Source of the DNA: Gammaproteobacteria bacterium | GTDB lineage: Bacteria > Pseudomonadota > Gammaproteobacteria > JADZEE01 | NCBI GenBank assembly: GCA_050183625.1 | Contig: JBFXBD010000006.1 | Coordinates: forward strand, 42,653-106,652 | Direction of reading: 5' to 3' | Length of the DNA stretch: 64,000 bases | Shown here: one piece after another, positions 22,205-40,230 of the stretch | Layout: every line of letters starts with the position of its first letter | How positions within the stretch are numbered: the first letter of the stretch is position 1 | Position numbers and translations under genes: made by a program | The notes under the pieces: model-generated | The model's database searches: none | Seen by the model: the letters and a program-made list of their open reading frames with translations, nothing else | What the model was told of the DNA's origin: nothing

Positions 22205-23983
22205 ATGCTCGAACAGATCGCCATCGTCCTGCTCGCCGCGGTTCTGCTCGTGCCGCTGTTTCAGCGCCTGGGCTTCGGATCGGTGCTGGGATACCTGATC
22301 GCGGGGCTGGCGCTCGGGCCATGGGGCCTGCGCGTCGTCGGCGACGTCGAGGCCGTACTGCACTTCTCCGAACTCGGCGTGACGCTGCTGCTGTTCGTCA
22401 TCGGCCTGGAACTGCAGCCGTCGCGGCTGTGGGCGCTGCGCCGGCCGGTGTTCGGGCTGGGCAGCGCACAGGTCGGCGTCACGGCGGCCGTTGCCGGCGC
22501 GATTGCCTGGTTTGCGGGCGTGCCCGCGGTCGGCGCCGCGGCGATCGGCATCGCGCTGTCGCTGTCGTCGACCGCCTACGTGCTGCGGATGCTCGCCGAG
22601 CGCGGCGAACTGGCCGCACGCCACGGCCGCGAGGCGTTCGCCATCCTGCTGTTCCAGGACGTGGCCGTGATCCCGGTGCTCGCGCTGCTGCCGATCGCCG
22701 CGGTCGCGGACGCGGCACCCGATCCGCTCGCGGCGGCGCGCGCGATCGGCGCACTCGCGCTCATGCTGGTGCTCGGCCGGTACGTGCTGCAGCAGGTCTT
22801 CCGCGCGGCCGCACGGCATACCGACCGGGAGATCTTCACCGCTACGGCGCTGCTGGCGGTTGCCGGCACGGCGTGGCTGATGACGCAGGCGGGGTTGTCG
22901 ACCTCCCTGGGCGCGTTCATGGCCGGCGTGCTGCTGGCGGATTCGGAATTCCGCCATGAGATCGAAGCCGTTCTCGAACCGTTCAAGGGCCTGTTGCTCG
23001 GGTTGTTCTTCATCGCCGTGGGCATGTCGGTGAATCTCGGCCTGGTGCGTGCCGAGCCGGTCGTGCTGCCGGCGCTCGCGGTCGGGCTGCTGGCGCTGAA
23101 GATCGCCGCGACGTACGCGGTTGCGCGGTTCTCGGGCGCGAATCAGGACCAGGCCCGCAAGCTCGCGGTCGCACTCGCGGCCGGCGGCGAGTTCGCCTTC
23201 GTGCTGCTCGCGCTCGCGGCGAGCCTGGGGCTCCTGGATGTCCGCGGCGCGGACGCGCTCGTGGTGGTGGTCACGCTGACCATGATGCTGGCGCCGTTGC
23301 TGCTTGCCGTCGAGGATCGCATCCGCCGCCATCGCGCCGAACACCCGGCCGAGCCCCAGTACGACCGGATCGACGATCCGCCGCGCAAGGTGGTGATCGT
23401 GGGCCTGGGCCGGTTCGGCCAGATCGTCGGCCGCATCCTGCGCATGCGCGGGATCCCGTTCACCGCCCTGGACGCGAGCGCCGAGCAGGTGGACTTCCTG
23501 CGCCGGTACGGCAACAAGGTCTATTACGGCGATGCCTCGCGCCGCGAACTGATCCAGGCCGCCAAGGTCGACCAGGCCGCGCTGGTGATCGTCGCGGTCG
23601 GCAATCTCGCCCAGTCGATGAAGATCATCGACGCACTGCGCCGAGCCTGCCCCGGGGTTCCCATCTTCGCCCGGGCACGCAACCGCCAGCACTGCTATGC
23701 GCTGATGGACCTGGGCGTGCGTTGGCTGGTGCGCGACACCCTGCATTCGAGCCTGGCGATGGCGCAGGAAGTCCTCGCCGCATTGGGCGACCCGCCGGAT
23801 CGGGCCGGCCGGGCGGTTCGGACCTTTCGCGACCACGACGAGCAGCTGCTCCGGGAACAGCACGCCGTACAGCGCGACGAGGCCGCGCTCGTGCAGAGCG
23901 CGCGCGACGCCGCCGAGGAGTTGCGCAGGCTGTTCGAGCAGGACGCCGGCGGCGATCCCGAGGTGCGCGAGACCGCGCTCTGA
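22205..23983 (+). CDS. kefB: Glutathione-regulated K+-efflux antiporter KefB/KefC family (CPA2 + RCK/TrkA-N)
   Basis: N-terminus MLEQIAIVLLAAVLLVPLFQRLGFGSVLGYLIAGLALGPWGL matches KefB/KefC. C-terminal KTN/RCK domain (VVIVGLGRFGQ). Confidence 0.85.
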   Translation: MLEQIAIVLLAAVLLVPLFQRLGFGSVLGYLIAGLALGPWGLRVVGDVEAVLHFSELGVTLLLFVIGLELQPSRLWALRRPVFGLGSAQVGVTAAVAGAIAWFAGVPAVGAAAIGIALSLSSTAYVLRMLAERGELAARHGREAFAILLFQDVAVIPVLALLPIAAVADAAPDPLAAARAIGALALMLVLGRYVLQQVFRAAARHTDREIFTATALLAVAGTAWLMTQAGLSTSLGAFMAGVLLADSEFRHEIEAVLEPFKGLLLGLFFIAVGMSVNLGLVRAEPVVLPALAVGLLALKIAATYAVARFSGANQDQARKLAVALAAGGEFAFVLLALAASLGLLDVRGADALVVVVTLTMMLAPLLLAVEDRIRRHRAEHPAEPQYDRIDDPPRKVVIVGLGRFGQIVGRILRMRGIPFTALDASAEQVDFLRRYGNKVYYGDASRRELIQAAKVDQAALVIVAVGNLAQSMKIIDALRRACPGVPIFARARNRQHCYALMDLGVRWLVRDTLHSSLAMAQEVLAALGDPPDRAGRAVRTFRDHDEQLLREQHAVQRDEAALVQSARDAAEELRRLFEQDAGGDPEVRETAL

Positions 23984-24087
23984 TCCCCGGGACCGCTGCC
24001 CCGGGGTGCGCGGGCTGCAGCATAATCGGGAGTTTCACGGCAAACGAACAGGGCGCGTCGATGGCGCTGCCCGCCAGGAGAGAGAAC

Positions 24088-25224
24088 ATGATCCCCAGGA
24101 CACTCTACAGCGCCGAACACGAGCAGTTCCGCGACTCGGTGCGCCGGTTCGTCGAGCGCGAGATCGTGCCGCAGCACGCGCGCTGGGAACACGAGGGCAT
24201 CGTGCCGCGCGAGACCTGGCTCGCCGCGGGCGCGGCAGGCCTGCTGCTGTGCTCGGTGCCCGAGGAATACGGCGGCATGGGTGGGGATTTCCTGCACTCG
24301 TGCGTGGTGATCGAGGAACTGGCGCGCGTGGGTGCTTCCGGGCCGGGCTTCGGGCTGCACTCGGAGATCGTCGCGCCCTACATCCTGCGCTACGGAAGCG
24401 AGGCGCAGAAGCGCGAACTGCTCCCGGCCATGGCCCGGGGCGAGATCGTCGGCGCCATCGCCATGACCGAGCCGGGTGCCGGCAGCGATCTACAGGGGAT
24501 CCGCACCCGCGCCGTGCGCGACGGCGACGATCTGATCGTCAACGGCTCGAAAATCTTCATCACCAACGGCCAGAACGCCGACGTGGTGATTACGGTCGCC
24601 CGAACCGATCCGGACGCCGGCCACAAGGGCATCAGCCTGGTGCTGGTGCGTCGCGGCGACCCCGGCTTCGAGCGCGGTCGAAACCTGGAAAAGATCGGCT
24701 GGAAGGCGCAGGACACCTCCGAGCTGTTCTTCAACGACGTGCGCGTGCCCGCCGGCCGGATCCTCGGCGAGGCCGGGCGCGGATTCCGCTATCTCATGGA
24801 ACAACTCGGCCAGGAAAGGCTGACGGCCTGCGTCCGCGGTGCTGCGGTGCTGGAGTCGATCCTGGAGCAGACGGTCCGCTATACGAAGGAGCGCCAGGCC
24901 TTCGGGCAGCCTTTGTTCGAGCAGCAGAATACGCGCTTCAAGCTCGCCGACGCCAAGACCCGGGCCGTGGTGTGCCGTACCTTCGTCGACCGCTGCGTGG
25001 AACTGCACATGCAAGGCACGCTGGACTCCACGCTCGCGGCGATGGCCAAGATGTACGTCACGGACCTGGTGTGCGAAGTGCTGGACGACCTGCTGCAGAT
25101 GCACGGCGGCTACGGCTTCATGTGGGAATATCCGGTGGCACGCGCCTGGGCGGACAACCGCGTGACGCGGATCGCCGGCGGCACATCGGAAATCATGAAG
25201 GAGATCATCAGCCGCGCGCTGTGA
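24088..25224 (+). CDS. Acyl-CoA dehydrogenase
   Basis: ACAD family (AIAMTEPGAGSDL, C-terminal …GGTSEIM). RBS AGGAGAG lies 5 nt upstream. Confidence 0.9.
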   Translation: MIPRTLYSAEHEQFRDSVRRFVEREIVPQHARWEHEGIVPRETWLAAGAAGLLLCSVPEEYGGMGGDFLHSCVVIEELARVGASGPGFGLHSEIVAPYILRYGSEAQKRELLPAMARGEIVGAIAMTEPGAGSDLQGIRTRAVRDGDDLIVNGSKIFITNGQNADVVITVARTDPDAGHKGISLVLVRRGDPGFERGRNLEKIGWKAQDTSELFFNDVRVPAGRILGEAGRGFRYLMEQLGQERLTACVRGAAVLESILEQTVRYTKERQAFGQPLFEQQNTRFKLADAKTRAVVCRTFVDRCVELHMQGTLDSTLAAMAKMYVTDLVCEVLDDLLQMHGGYGFMWEYPVARAWADNRVTRIAGGTSEIMKEIISRAL

Positions 25225-25261
25225 ACGCGCTCGCGTTGCTCCCGGCCGGGATGCGCGGCCG

Positions 25262-26338
25262 TCAGCCGTCGACTTCCATCACCCAGCCGTGCGGATCCGG
25301 CGCCAGCCCGCGCTGGATCGCGCTGATGTGATCGAACAGGCGCTGCGCAAGCTGGCCGACGCCGCCATTGCCGATGCGCACGCTCTCGCCCTTGAAGACG
25401 AACTCGCTGACCGGCGATATCACCGCCGCCGTGCCGGTGCCGAAGGCCTCGGTCAGCCGGCCGTTCTGCGCGCCTGAGATGATTTCGTCCACCGTGATCG
25501 GTCGTTGCGCGACCGGCACGCGCCAGTCGCGGGCGATTTGCAGCACCGTGTCGCGGGTGACGCCGTCCAGGATGCTGCCCGTGAGCGGCGGGGTCACCAG
25601 GGTGCCGTCGATCATGAACGCGATGTTCATCGAGCCGACCTCCTCGATGTAGCGCCGCTCGACGCCGTCGAGGTAGAGCACCTGGGCGCAGCCGTGGCGG
25701 TGCGCGTCCTCGCCGGCGGCGAGGCTGGCGGCGTAGTTCCCACCGGTTTTCGCCGCGCCGGTTCCGCCCTTGACCGCGCGCACGTATTCGTCCGCGACCA
25801 GGATCTTCACCGGGTTGAAGCCCTCCGCGTAGTACGCGCCGACCGGGCACAGGATGACGAAGAACAGGTAGCTGTGCGCCGGCCGCACGCCGAGAAACGC
25901 CTCGGTGCCGATCATCGCCGGGCGGATGTACAACGAGGTGCCGGGGAGCCGGGGCAGCCACGCGCGGTCGGTGGAAACCAGCGTGCGGATCGCTTCCACG
26001 AACATCGCTTCGTCCAGCGGCGGCATGCACATGCGGCGCGCCGAGCGGTTCATGCGCTCGGCGTTCTTCGTCGGGCGGAACAGCAGCGCGGTGTCGCGCG
26101 GGGAGCGGTAGGCCTTCAGGCCCTCGAAGATCTCCTGGCTGTAGTGCAGGACCGCGGCCGAGGGGTCGAGCGACAGGGGGCCGTAGGGTACGACGCGCGG
26201 GTCGTGCCAGCCCCGGCCCGTGTCCCACTGCATCAGGAACATGTGGTCGGTGAAGTGGCGGCCGAAGACGAGATCCTCGTCGCGCGGCCGGGGCCGGGGG
26301 TGAGCGGTGAGCGTGATCGGGATTTTTGCTGTCGTCAT
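25262..26338 (-). CDS. ilvE: Branched-chain amino acid aminotransferase (long form)
   Basis: Class IV PLP enzyme with the BCAT hallmark EIFEGLKAYR. Confidence 0.9.
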   Translation of the reverse strand: MTTAKIPITLTAHPRPRPRDEDLVFGRHFTDHMFLMQWDTGRGWHDPRVVPYGPLSLDPSAAVLHYSQEIFEGLKAYRSPRDTALLFRPTKNAERMNRSARRMCMPPLDEAMFVEAIRTLVSTDRAWLPRLPGTSLYIRPAMIGTEAFLGVRPAHSYLFFVILCPVGAYYAEGFNPVKILVADEYVRAVKGGTGAAKTGGNYAASLAAGEDAHRHGCAQVLYLDGVERRYIEEVGSMNIAFMIDGTLVTPPLTGSILDGVTRDTVLQIARDWRVPVAQRPITVDEIISGAQNGRLTEAFGTGTAAVISPVSEFVFKGESVRIGNGGVGQLAQRLFDHISAIQRGLAPDPHGWVMEVDG

Positions 26339-26431
26339 CCGCGAAAGTGTACTACGCCAGGGCCGTTTTTAAGCCCCCTGCGCGGGCCGATCCGGCCGGG
26401 CCCCGCCCGTGCGGAGTCCGGCCGGCGCCGG

Positions 26432-27220
26432 TCACTGCTTCTTGTTCTTGCCGCGGGAAAGCACCTTGGCGACGAGATCGGAGTTGTCGCGCATCATCAG
26501 CGGAGTGTTGACGATGCGCTCCACGTGCCGGGCCTGCTGGCGGTCCAGGTCCCAGCACAGTTCCACCGCCAGCTTGGCCACGCCCTGGACTTCCGGGGGA
26601 CGCAGTTGCAGGCGCTGGCAGAAGGCCCAGACCTCGTCCTCGAACTTGTCGTCCGGATACACGGCCTGGACGAAGCCGGCCATCATGGCGGTGCGGGCAT
26701 CGATCTGCTCGCCGGCCATGCTCAGCCACTTGGACCAGCCCACGCCGCACAGGCGGGTGAAGCGGCTGGTGCCGCCGCTGCCGGCGATGACGCCGATGTC
26801 GATCTCGGGCAGGCCGAAGCGGGCGCTCTCGGCGGCCAGGCGGAAGTCCACCGCGCCGGCCATCTCCACGCCCAGCCCCAGGCACGGGCCGTGGATGGCC
26901 ATGACGATCGGTTTTTCGACCGCTTCCATCTCGTCGAGGAAGATGTGCAGGCCACGCCGGTAGTCGCGGCGCACGGCGACCATCGACGGCGCATCTTCGT
27001 GGGAGATGCCGCCGTCGCCGACGATGTCCACCCCGGCGGTGAAGTATCGGCCCTTGGCCTTGATCAGCAGCACGCGCAGGTCGTCGCGCTCGCGCAGGTC
27101 CTCCACCGCCTGGAAGATGACATCGCGCATTTCCTTGTTCATCGCATTGAGCTTTTCGGGGCGGTTCAGCGTCACGATGACGACGCCGTCCTTCTCTTCG
27201 CGCAGCGCTAGCTGGGACAT
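26432..27220 (-). CDS. Enoyl-CoA hydratase/isomerase family protein
   Basis: Crotonase fold (VVIVTLNRPEKLNAM…FTAGVDI…). Confidence 0.85.
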   Translation of the reverse strand: MSQLALREEKDGVVIVTLNRPEKLNAMNKEMRDVIFQAVEDLRERDDLRVLLIKAKGRYFTAGVDIVGDGGISHEDAPSMVAVRRDYRRGLHIFLDEMEAVEKPIVMAIHGPCLGLGVEMAGAVDFRLAAESARFGLPEIDIGVIAGSGGTSRFTRLCGVGWSKWLSMAGEQIDARTAMMAGFVQAVYPDDKFEDEVWAFCQRLQLRPPEVQGVAKLAVELCWDLDRQQARHVERIVNTPLMMRDNSDLVAKVLSRGKNKKQ

Positions 27221-27334
27221 CGGCCGACTCCTGTTGGGAAAGCGGCGAGTATAAGCCGAGCCGCAGCGCCGGGTCCGGACCCCATGGCGCCGGGCGAGCC
27301 GAAAAGGTCCAGGACGGACCTTTTCGGCAATAGA

Positions 27335-33099
<5,765 letters not shown>

Positions 33100-33112
33100 G
33101 CGCAGGTATCGC

Positions 33113-33424
33113 GTGACCAGGCTGCTCGCCGCAATACTCCTCGGGTTGGTGATCGCCCTGCAGTGGCGCGTATGGTACGCGCCGGGCGGCCTGCAGACCG
33201 TCGGCACGCTCCAGCACGCGATCGAACGCCAGCGCGCGCAGAACGCCGAGCTGGTCGAGCGCAACAGCGCGCTCGGCGCGGAGGTCGAGGATCTCAAGAG
33301 CGGCCTGGATGCGGTGGAAGAGCGTGCACGCAGCGAGATGGGGATGATCCGCGAGGGGGAGATTTTCTACCAGACGATCCAGGCCGAGCCCGCCCGCGGC
33401 GGGTTGGCTGCCCTCGGCAGGTAG
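33113..33424 (+). CDS. ftsB: Cell division protein FtsB
   Basis: About 100 aa, an N-terminal TM segment then a coiled-coil. Sits between eno and ispD as in many gammaproteobacteria. Confidence 0.8.
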   Translation: MTRLLAAILLGLVIALQWRVWYAPGGLQTVGTLQHAIERQRAQNAELVERNSALGAEVEDLKSGLDAVEERARSEMGMIREGEIFYQTIQAEPARGGLAALGR

Positions 33425-33427
33425 CCG

Positions 33428-34135
33428 GTGGGATCGGCGCCGGTGATCTGGGCCGTCGTGCCCGCGGCGGGGCGCGGGTTGCGCATGGGCACCGGCATTC
33501 CCAAGCAGTACCTGCAGCTCGCCGGCCGGCCGATCCTGCGCCACACCCTCGACCGCCTTCTCGCTCACCCGGGCATCGCCCGGATCGTGGTCGCGCTTGC
33601 CGAGGGCGATCCGCACTGGCCCGCGCTCGGGCTGGCCGACCACCCGCGGATCCTCACCGTGGCCGGAGGCGGCGAGCGGCACGAGTCCGTTCACGCCGCA
33701 CTGCGGCGTGCGCTCGATCTCGGTGCGCCGGGCGACTGGGCCCTGGTGCACGACGCCGCGCGGCCATGCGTGTCCGCCGCGGATATCGACGCGCTCATCC
33801 GGGCCGCGACGGCGCACCCGGTGGGTGCACTGCTCGCGGCGCCGGTGCGCGACACGATGAAGCGTGCGGGCGAGGACGGCGAGGTGGCGCAGACGGTCGA
33901 GCGCGCCGGGTTGTGGCACGCGCTGACGCCGCAGATGTTTCGCCTCGGCGAACTGATCGATGCGCTCGACGCGGTACGCCGCGACGGCACCGCCGTCACC
34001 GACGAATCGCAGGCGATGGAGCGCGCCGGGCGCCGGCCGCTGCTGGTGGCGGGCAGCCCGTGGAACATCAAGGTCACCGAGCCGCGGGATCGGCAACTCG
34101 CCGAACTGCTCCTGGGGCTGGAACAGGCAGGCTAG
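33428..34135 (+). CDS. ispD: 2-C-methyl-D-erythritol 4-phosphate cytidylyltransferase
   Basis: IspD family ([13 protein letters not shown]…PKQY…). Confidence 0.9.
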   Translation: MGSAPVIWAVVPAAGRGLRMGTGIPKQYLQLAGRPILRHTLDRLLAHPGIARIVVALAEGDPHWPALGLADHPRILTVAGGGERHESVHAALRRALDLGAPGDWALVHDAARPCVSAADIDALIRAATAHPVGALLAAPVRDTMKRAGEDGEVAQTVERAGLWHALTPQMFRLGELIDALDAVRRDGTAVTDESQAMERAGRRPLLVAGSPWNIKVTEPRDRQLAELLLGLEQAG

Positions 34136-34137
34136 GA

Positions 34138-34608
34138 ATGCGTATCGGACAGGGTTTCGACGCACATCGCTTCGCTCCCGGGCGCCGGCTGGTGCTCGGT
34201 GGCGTGGAAATCGCGTACCCGCTCGGCATGCTCGCGCATTCCGACGGCGACGTGGTCATCCACGCCCTTTGCGACGCACTGCTGGGCGCGGCCGGGCTGG
34301 GCGACATCGGCCGGCATTTCCCGGACACCGACGCTGCGTATGCCGGCGCCGACAGCCGGGTGCTGCTGCGGCAGGTCATGCAGCGCGTGAGCGCACGCGG
34401 GCTGCGCGTGGGCAATGCCGACCTCACCATCGTCGCGCAGAAACCGCGCATGGCACCGCATATCGCGGCCATGCAGGGCAATCTCGCCGCGGATCTGGGT
34501 GTCGGCGCCGATGCGGTGAACGTCAAGGCCACCACCACGGAATCCATGGGGTTCACCGGTCGCGAAGAAGGCATCGCGGCGTTCGCGGTCGTGCTGCTGC
34601 TCGACTGA
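34138..34608 (+). CDS. ispF: 2-C-methyl-D-erythritol 2,4-cyclodiphosphate synthase
   Basis: [12 protein letters not shown]…HSDGDV… IspF signature. Confidence 0.9.
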   Translation: MRIGQGFDAHRFAPGRRLVLGGVEIAYPLGMLAHSDGDVVIHALCDALLGAAGLGDIGRHFPDTDAAYAGADSRVLLRQVMQRVSARGLRVGNADLTIVAQKPRMAPHIAAMQGNLAADLGVGADAVNVKATTTESMGFTGREEGIAAFAVVLLLD

Positions 34609-34627
34609 AACCGGCAGCCTGCCGGTT
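34609..34627 (+). terminator. Perfect 8–9 bp GC-rich hairpin immediately after the ispF stop (AACCGGCAG-CC-TGCCGGTT). No U-tract follows.
   Basis: An inverted repeat is visible in the sequence. The missing T-run makes the terminator assignment weak. Confidence 0.25.
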
Positions 34628-34872
34628 CCGGCGCCGGGTCACGTCTGCGCGCGCGCCGTCATGCTTGTTGACCTGCGCTTTATCCACAAGTCTCGTCCAT
34701 ATGCTAATCTCGGCCCGCGTCGTCGCCGGAGGACCGCTGAACCACGGATTGGCGCGTGGCATCGCGATGTGATCGCGGTGCATCCAGGATCGCGTTCATC
34801 CGTCGGGTGCGTCCCCTCGCTGGCGTGCGGCGCAGGCCGTGTCAGTCACACACCCAGGCTAGGAGATTCACG

Positions 34873-35784
34873 ATGAGTGCGATCCGCATCACCAACGATG
34901 CCCTGTTCGACAATTTCCGTCAGTTGCGCATCGAGGTCGAGCCAGAGCTGGCAACGGCCTGGATGTTCATGCAGCCGCATCCGCGGCCGTGTTTCACCCC
35001 GGAACTGCTCGACGAGATCCAGCAGTACCAGCGCATGCTGGTGCATTACCGCGGCCACCTGCCCCAGGGCAACGAACTGGTGCGGATCGACTATCAGGTA
35101 TTGGCGTCGTCGGATCCGGCGATATTCAACCTCGGCGGCGACCTGGAGCGTTTTCTGCGTTGCATCGAGAACCGCGACGCCGAATGGCTGCGCCGCTACG
35201 GCTACGCCTGCGTCGAGGCGGGATACCGCAGCCTGACCGGCTACGACCAGTCGATAACGACGATCTCGCTGATGCGCGGCGAGGCGCTCGGCGGGGGCCT
35301 GGAGTCCGCGCTCTTCAGCCACGTGATGATCGCCGAGCGGGACGCGAAGATGGGCCTGCCCGAGGTGCTCTTCAACCTGTTCCCGGGGATGGGTGCGTTC
35401 CAGCTCATCGCCCGGCGTACCAGCGCGGCGCAGGCGCAGCGCATGATCCAGAGCGGCCGCATCTACGGCGCCGAGGAACTGTATGACCTGGGCATCGTCG
35501 ACGTGCTCGCCGAGCCCGGCGACGGCATCGCCGCCCTGCATGCGTACGTGAAGTCCCATCGCCGGCGCCAGAATGCCAACCTCGCGATCGAGCGCGTGCG
35601 CCGGCTCGCGGCGCCGGTATCGTACGACGAGCTGACCAAGGTCGTGGACATCTGGGTGGACGCGGCCATGCAGCTCGACGAGCGCGACCGCCGGACGATC
35701 CAGCGCCTGATCCGCAGCCAGAACCGCCTGCCCGGTGCACCAGCCGTCCAGGCCGCCGAGCCGCCGCTGCGCGAGGTGGGCTGA
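34873..35784 (+). CDS. rpfF: DSF-family signal synthase RpfF (crotonase superfamily)
   Basis: Long blocks match Xanthomonas RpfF as I recall it: VLASSDPAIFNLGGDL, GLPEVLFNLFPGMGAF, DIWVDAAMQLDE…RLIRSQ. RBS AGGAGA lies upstream. Convergent with the rpfC/rpfG homologues. Confidence 0.85.
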   Translation: MSAIRITNDALFDNFRQLRIEVEPELATAWMFMQPHPRPCFTPELLDEIQQYQRMLVHYRGHLPQGNELVRIDYQVLASSDPAIFNLGGDLERFLRCIENRDAEWLRRYGYACVEAGYRSLTGYDQSITTISLMRGEALGGGLESALFSHVMIAERDAKMGLPEVLFNLFPGMGAFQLIARRTSAAQAQRMIQSGRIYGAEELYDLGIVDVLAEPGDGIAALHAYVKSHRRRQNANLAIERVRRLAAPVSYDELTKVVDIWVDAAMQLDERDRRTIQRLIRSQNRLPGAPAVQAAEPPLREVG

Positions 35785-35839
35785 GGCGGGCGACGCGCCG
35801 CCGCTTGGGTGGGCGGCGGCGCGTCGGAGCGCTCGGGGA

Positions 35840-38386
<2,547 letters not shown>

Positions 38387-38395
38387 GCGGGGGTC

Positions 38396-39454
38396 TCAGT
38401 CGACGTCCTGCAGGGGACGGTGGTCGAGTTCGAAGCGCGCGACGCGGTCGAGCTGGGCGCCGAATGCCTCGACGCATTGCGGGTCGAAAGCCGCGCCCTT
38501 GGCGCGCATGAGGATTTCGACCGCCCGATCCATCGACACCGCCGCGCGCCACGGCCGCGGCGAGGTGAGCGCGTCGTAGGCGTCGACCACCGCGACGATG
38601 CGCGCCGGCAATGGAATCGATTCGGCGCGCAGCCGGTGCGGATAGCCGCTGCCGTCCCAGCGCTCGTGGTGCGCCAGGGCGACCACCGCGGCCTGCTGCA
38701 GGTACGGCGAGCGATGTTCCCCGAGGAAGGCGTGGCCGAGCGAGCAGTGGTTGCGGACCACGTCGAATTCCTCGGCCGTGAGCCGCTCGGGCTTGAGCAG
38801 GATGCGATCCGGCACGCCGATCATGCCGACGTCATGCAGCATCGCGGCCAGTTCTATCGCCTCGGCCTGCTCCTCGGGCAGGCCGAGGCGGCTGGCGATC
38901 AGCCGGGCGAAGTGCGCCGCGCGCACGGTGGCCTGGCCGGTCGGATCCTCGCGGTAGACGGCGTGGCGGGCGAGAATGAGCAGTGATTCACGCTCCCGAT
39001 CGCGCAGCAGCCGGGTCGCGTCCGCCACCTGCTTCTCGAGCCAGCGCGAACGATTGCGCAGCATCTGCGCCTGCCGGCGCATCGTCAGCAGGTTGTGGCA
39101 GCGCGCCCGGCACTCGTGGTGGTCCACCGGCTTGTTGAGGATGTCGGTGGCACCGGCCTCCAGCGCCTGGTAGCGCACGATGCGGTCGTCGACGACGGTG
39201 ATGACGATGATCGGTACGTCAGCCAGGCCCGGGATCGCACGCAGGCGGCGGATGAACTCCACGCCATCCATCTCCGGCATCTTGTAGTCGGTGAGGATGA
39301 GGTCGGGCCGGTTGGCCTGCGCCCAGGCGAGCGCGGCGAGCGGGCTCGAAAAGCTCTCCAGCACCAGGGTCGCGTCGAGCGACGCCAGGAGTTCTTCGAG
39401 AATGAGCCGGCTCGTCGACTGGTCGTCGACAATCATGACCGTCGCCACGGACAT
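38396..39454 (-). CDS. rpfG: Response regulator RpfG-like (REC + HD-GYP c-di-GMP phosphodiesterase)
   Basis: REC domain (IVDDQ…DLILTDYKMPEMDG) plus HD-GYP with HHERWDGSGYP. Confidence 0.9.
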   Translation of the reverse strand: MSVATVMIVDDQSTSRLILEELLASLDATLVLESFSSPLAALAWAQANRPDLILTDYKMPEMDGVEFIRRLRAIPGLADVPIIVITVVDDRIVRYQALEAGATDILNKPVDHHECRARCHNLLTMRRQAQMLRNRSRWLEKQVADATRLLRDRERESLLILARHAVYREDPTGQATVRAAHFARLIASRLGLPEEQAEAIELAAMLHDVGMIGVPDRILLKPERLTAEEFDVVRNHCSLGHAFLGEHRSPYLQQAAVVALAHHERWDGSGYPHRLRAESIPLPARIVAVVDAYDALTSPRPWRAAVSMDRAVEILMRAKGAAFDPQCVEAFGAQLDRVARFELDHRPLQDVD

Positions 39455-39609
39455 CTCCCGCTTTTGGCACCGCGGCGTTCAGCCCGACGCCAGGGTGCAG
39501 CCGGCACCTGCGCGTCGCTACAGGCCAGCGGACGCGCCGTGCCGTGTGGAACTCGGTGCCCGATTATAGGCCTGCAATTGGCTCTGACCAGCCTCGCCGC
39601 GCGGCATTT

Positions 39610-40230
39610 TCAGGGATTTCGTGCCGTGGTTGGCGACTTCAACAGCACGTAGACCGCACCCGTGCCGCCGTCGGCGGCGCGTGCGGAACAGTACGCGAGC
39701 ACCGTGTCGCTGCCTGCCAGCCACTGCGCCAGGTTGGACTTGAGCACCGGCACGCGGTCCGGCGAACGCTGCCCCCGGCCGTGCACGATGCGTACGCCGC
39801 GGTAATGCAAGCTCATGGATTCCTTCAGGAATGCGTCGACCGCGCGGTGCGCTTCCGCGACCGTCATGCCATGCAGGTCCAGTTCCGCCCGGCATGGGAT
39901 CGCGCCACGGCGCAGTTTCCTGAACAAGCCGGGCTGCACTCCGGCGCGGATGAATCGCAGGCTGTCGCCTTCGGCCGCCGGCAGCGGCTGCATCGGCGCG
40001 TGCAGGCCGGCGAGGGCGGCGTCCTGGACGTCGGCGCGGCGATGCCGGGGGATCGGCGCGGGCCGGCGGCGGCGCAGTTCGGCCCGGCCGTCGGCCACGG
40101 GCCGCACCGGGCCGATCGTGCGGCGGAACAGGTCGGAGTCGTCGTCGCCGGCCACGGGGCTGGCGCCCGGATCAACAGTCGCGCGCGAACCGGCGCGCGG
40201 CGCGGAACATCGGCAGCCACGGGCCGTCAT
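39610..40230 (-). CDS. Smr (small MutS-related) domain protein
   Basis: C-terminal Smr domain ([11 protein letters not shown]…VRIVHGRG…). The annotated start overlaps the purL 3' end by about 59 nt, so the true start is uncertain. Confidence 0.7.
   Translation of the reverse strand: MTARGCRCSAPRAGSRATVDPGASPVAGDDDSDLFRRTIGPVRPVADGRAELRRRRPAPIPRHRRADVQDAALAGLHAPMQPLPAAEGDSLRFIRAGVQPGLFRKLRRGAIPCRAELDLHGMTVAEAHRAVDAFLKESMSLHYRGVRIVHGRGQRSPDRVPVLKSNLAQWLAGSDTVLAYCSARAADGGTGAVYVLLKSPTTARNP

Noticed and set aside
34628-34872. rpfF promoter hexamers (TTGACC at 34668)
   Set aside because: No acceptable -10 at 16–18 bp spacing. I left it as unassigned upstream regulatory DNA.
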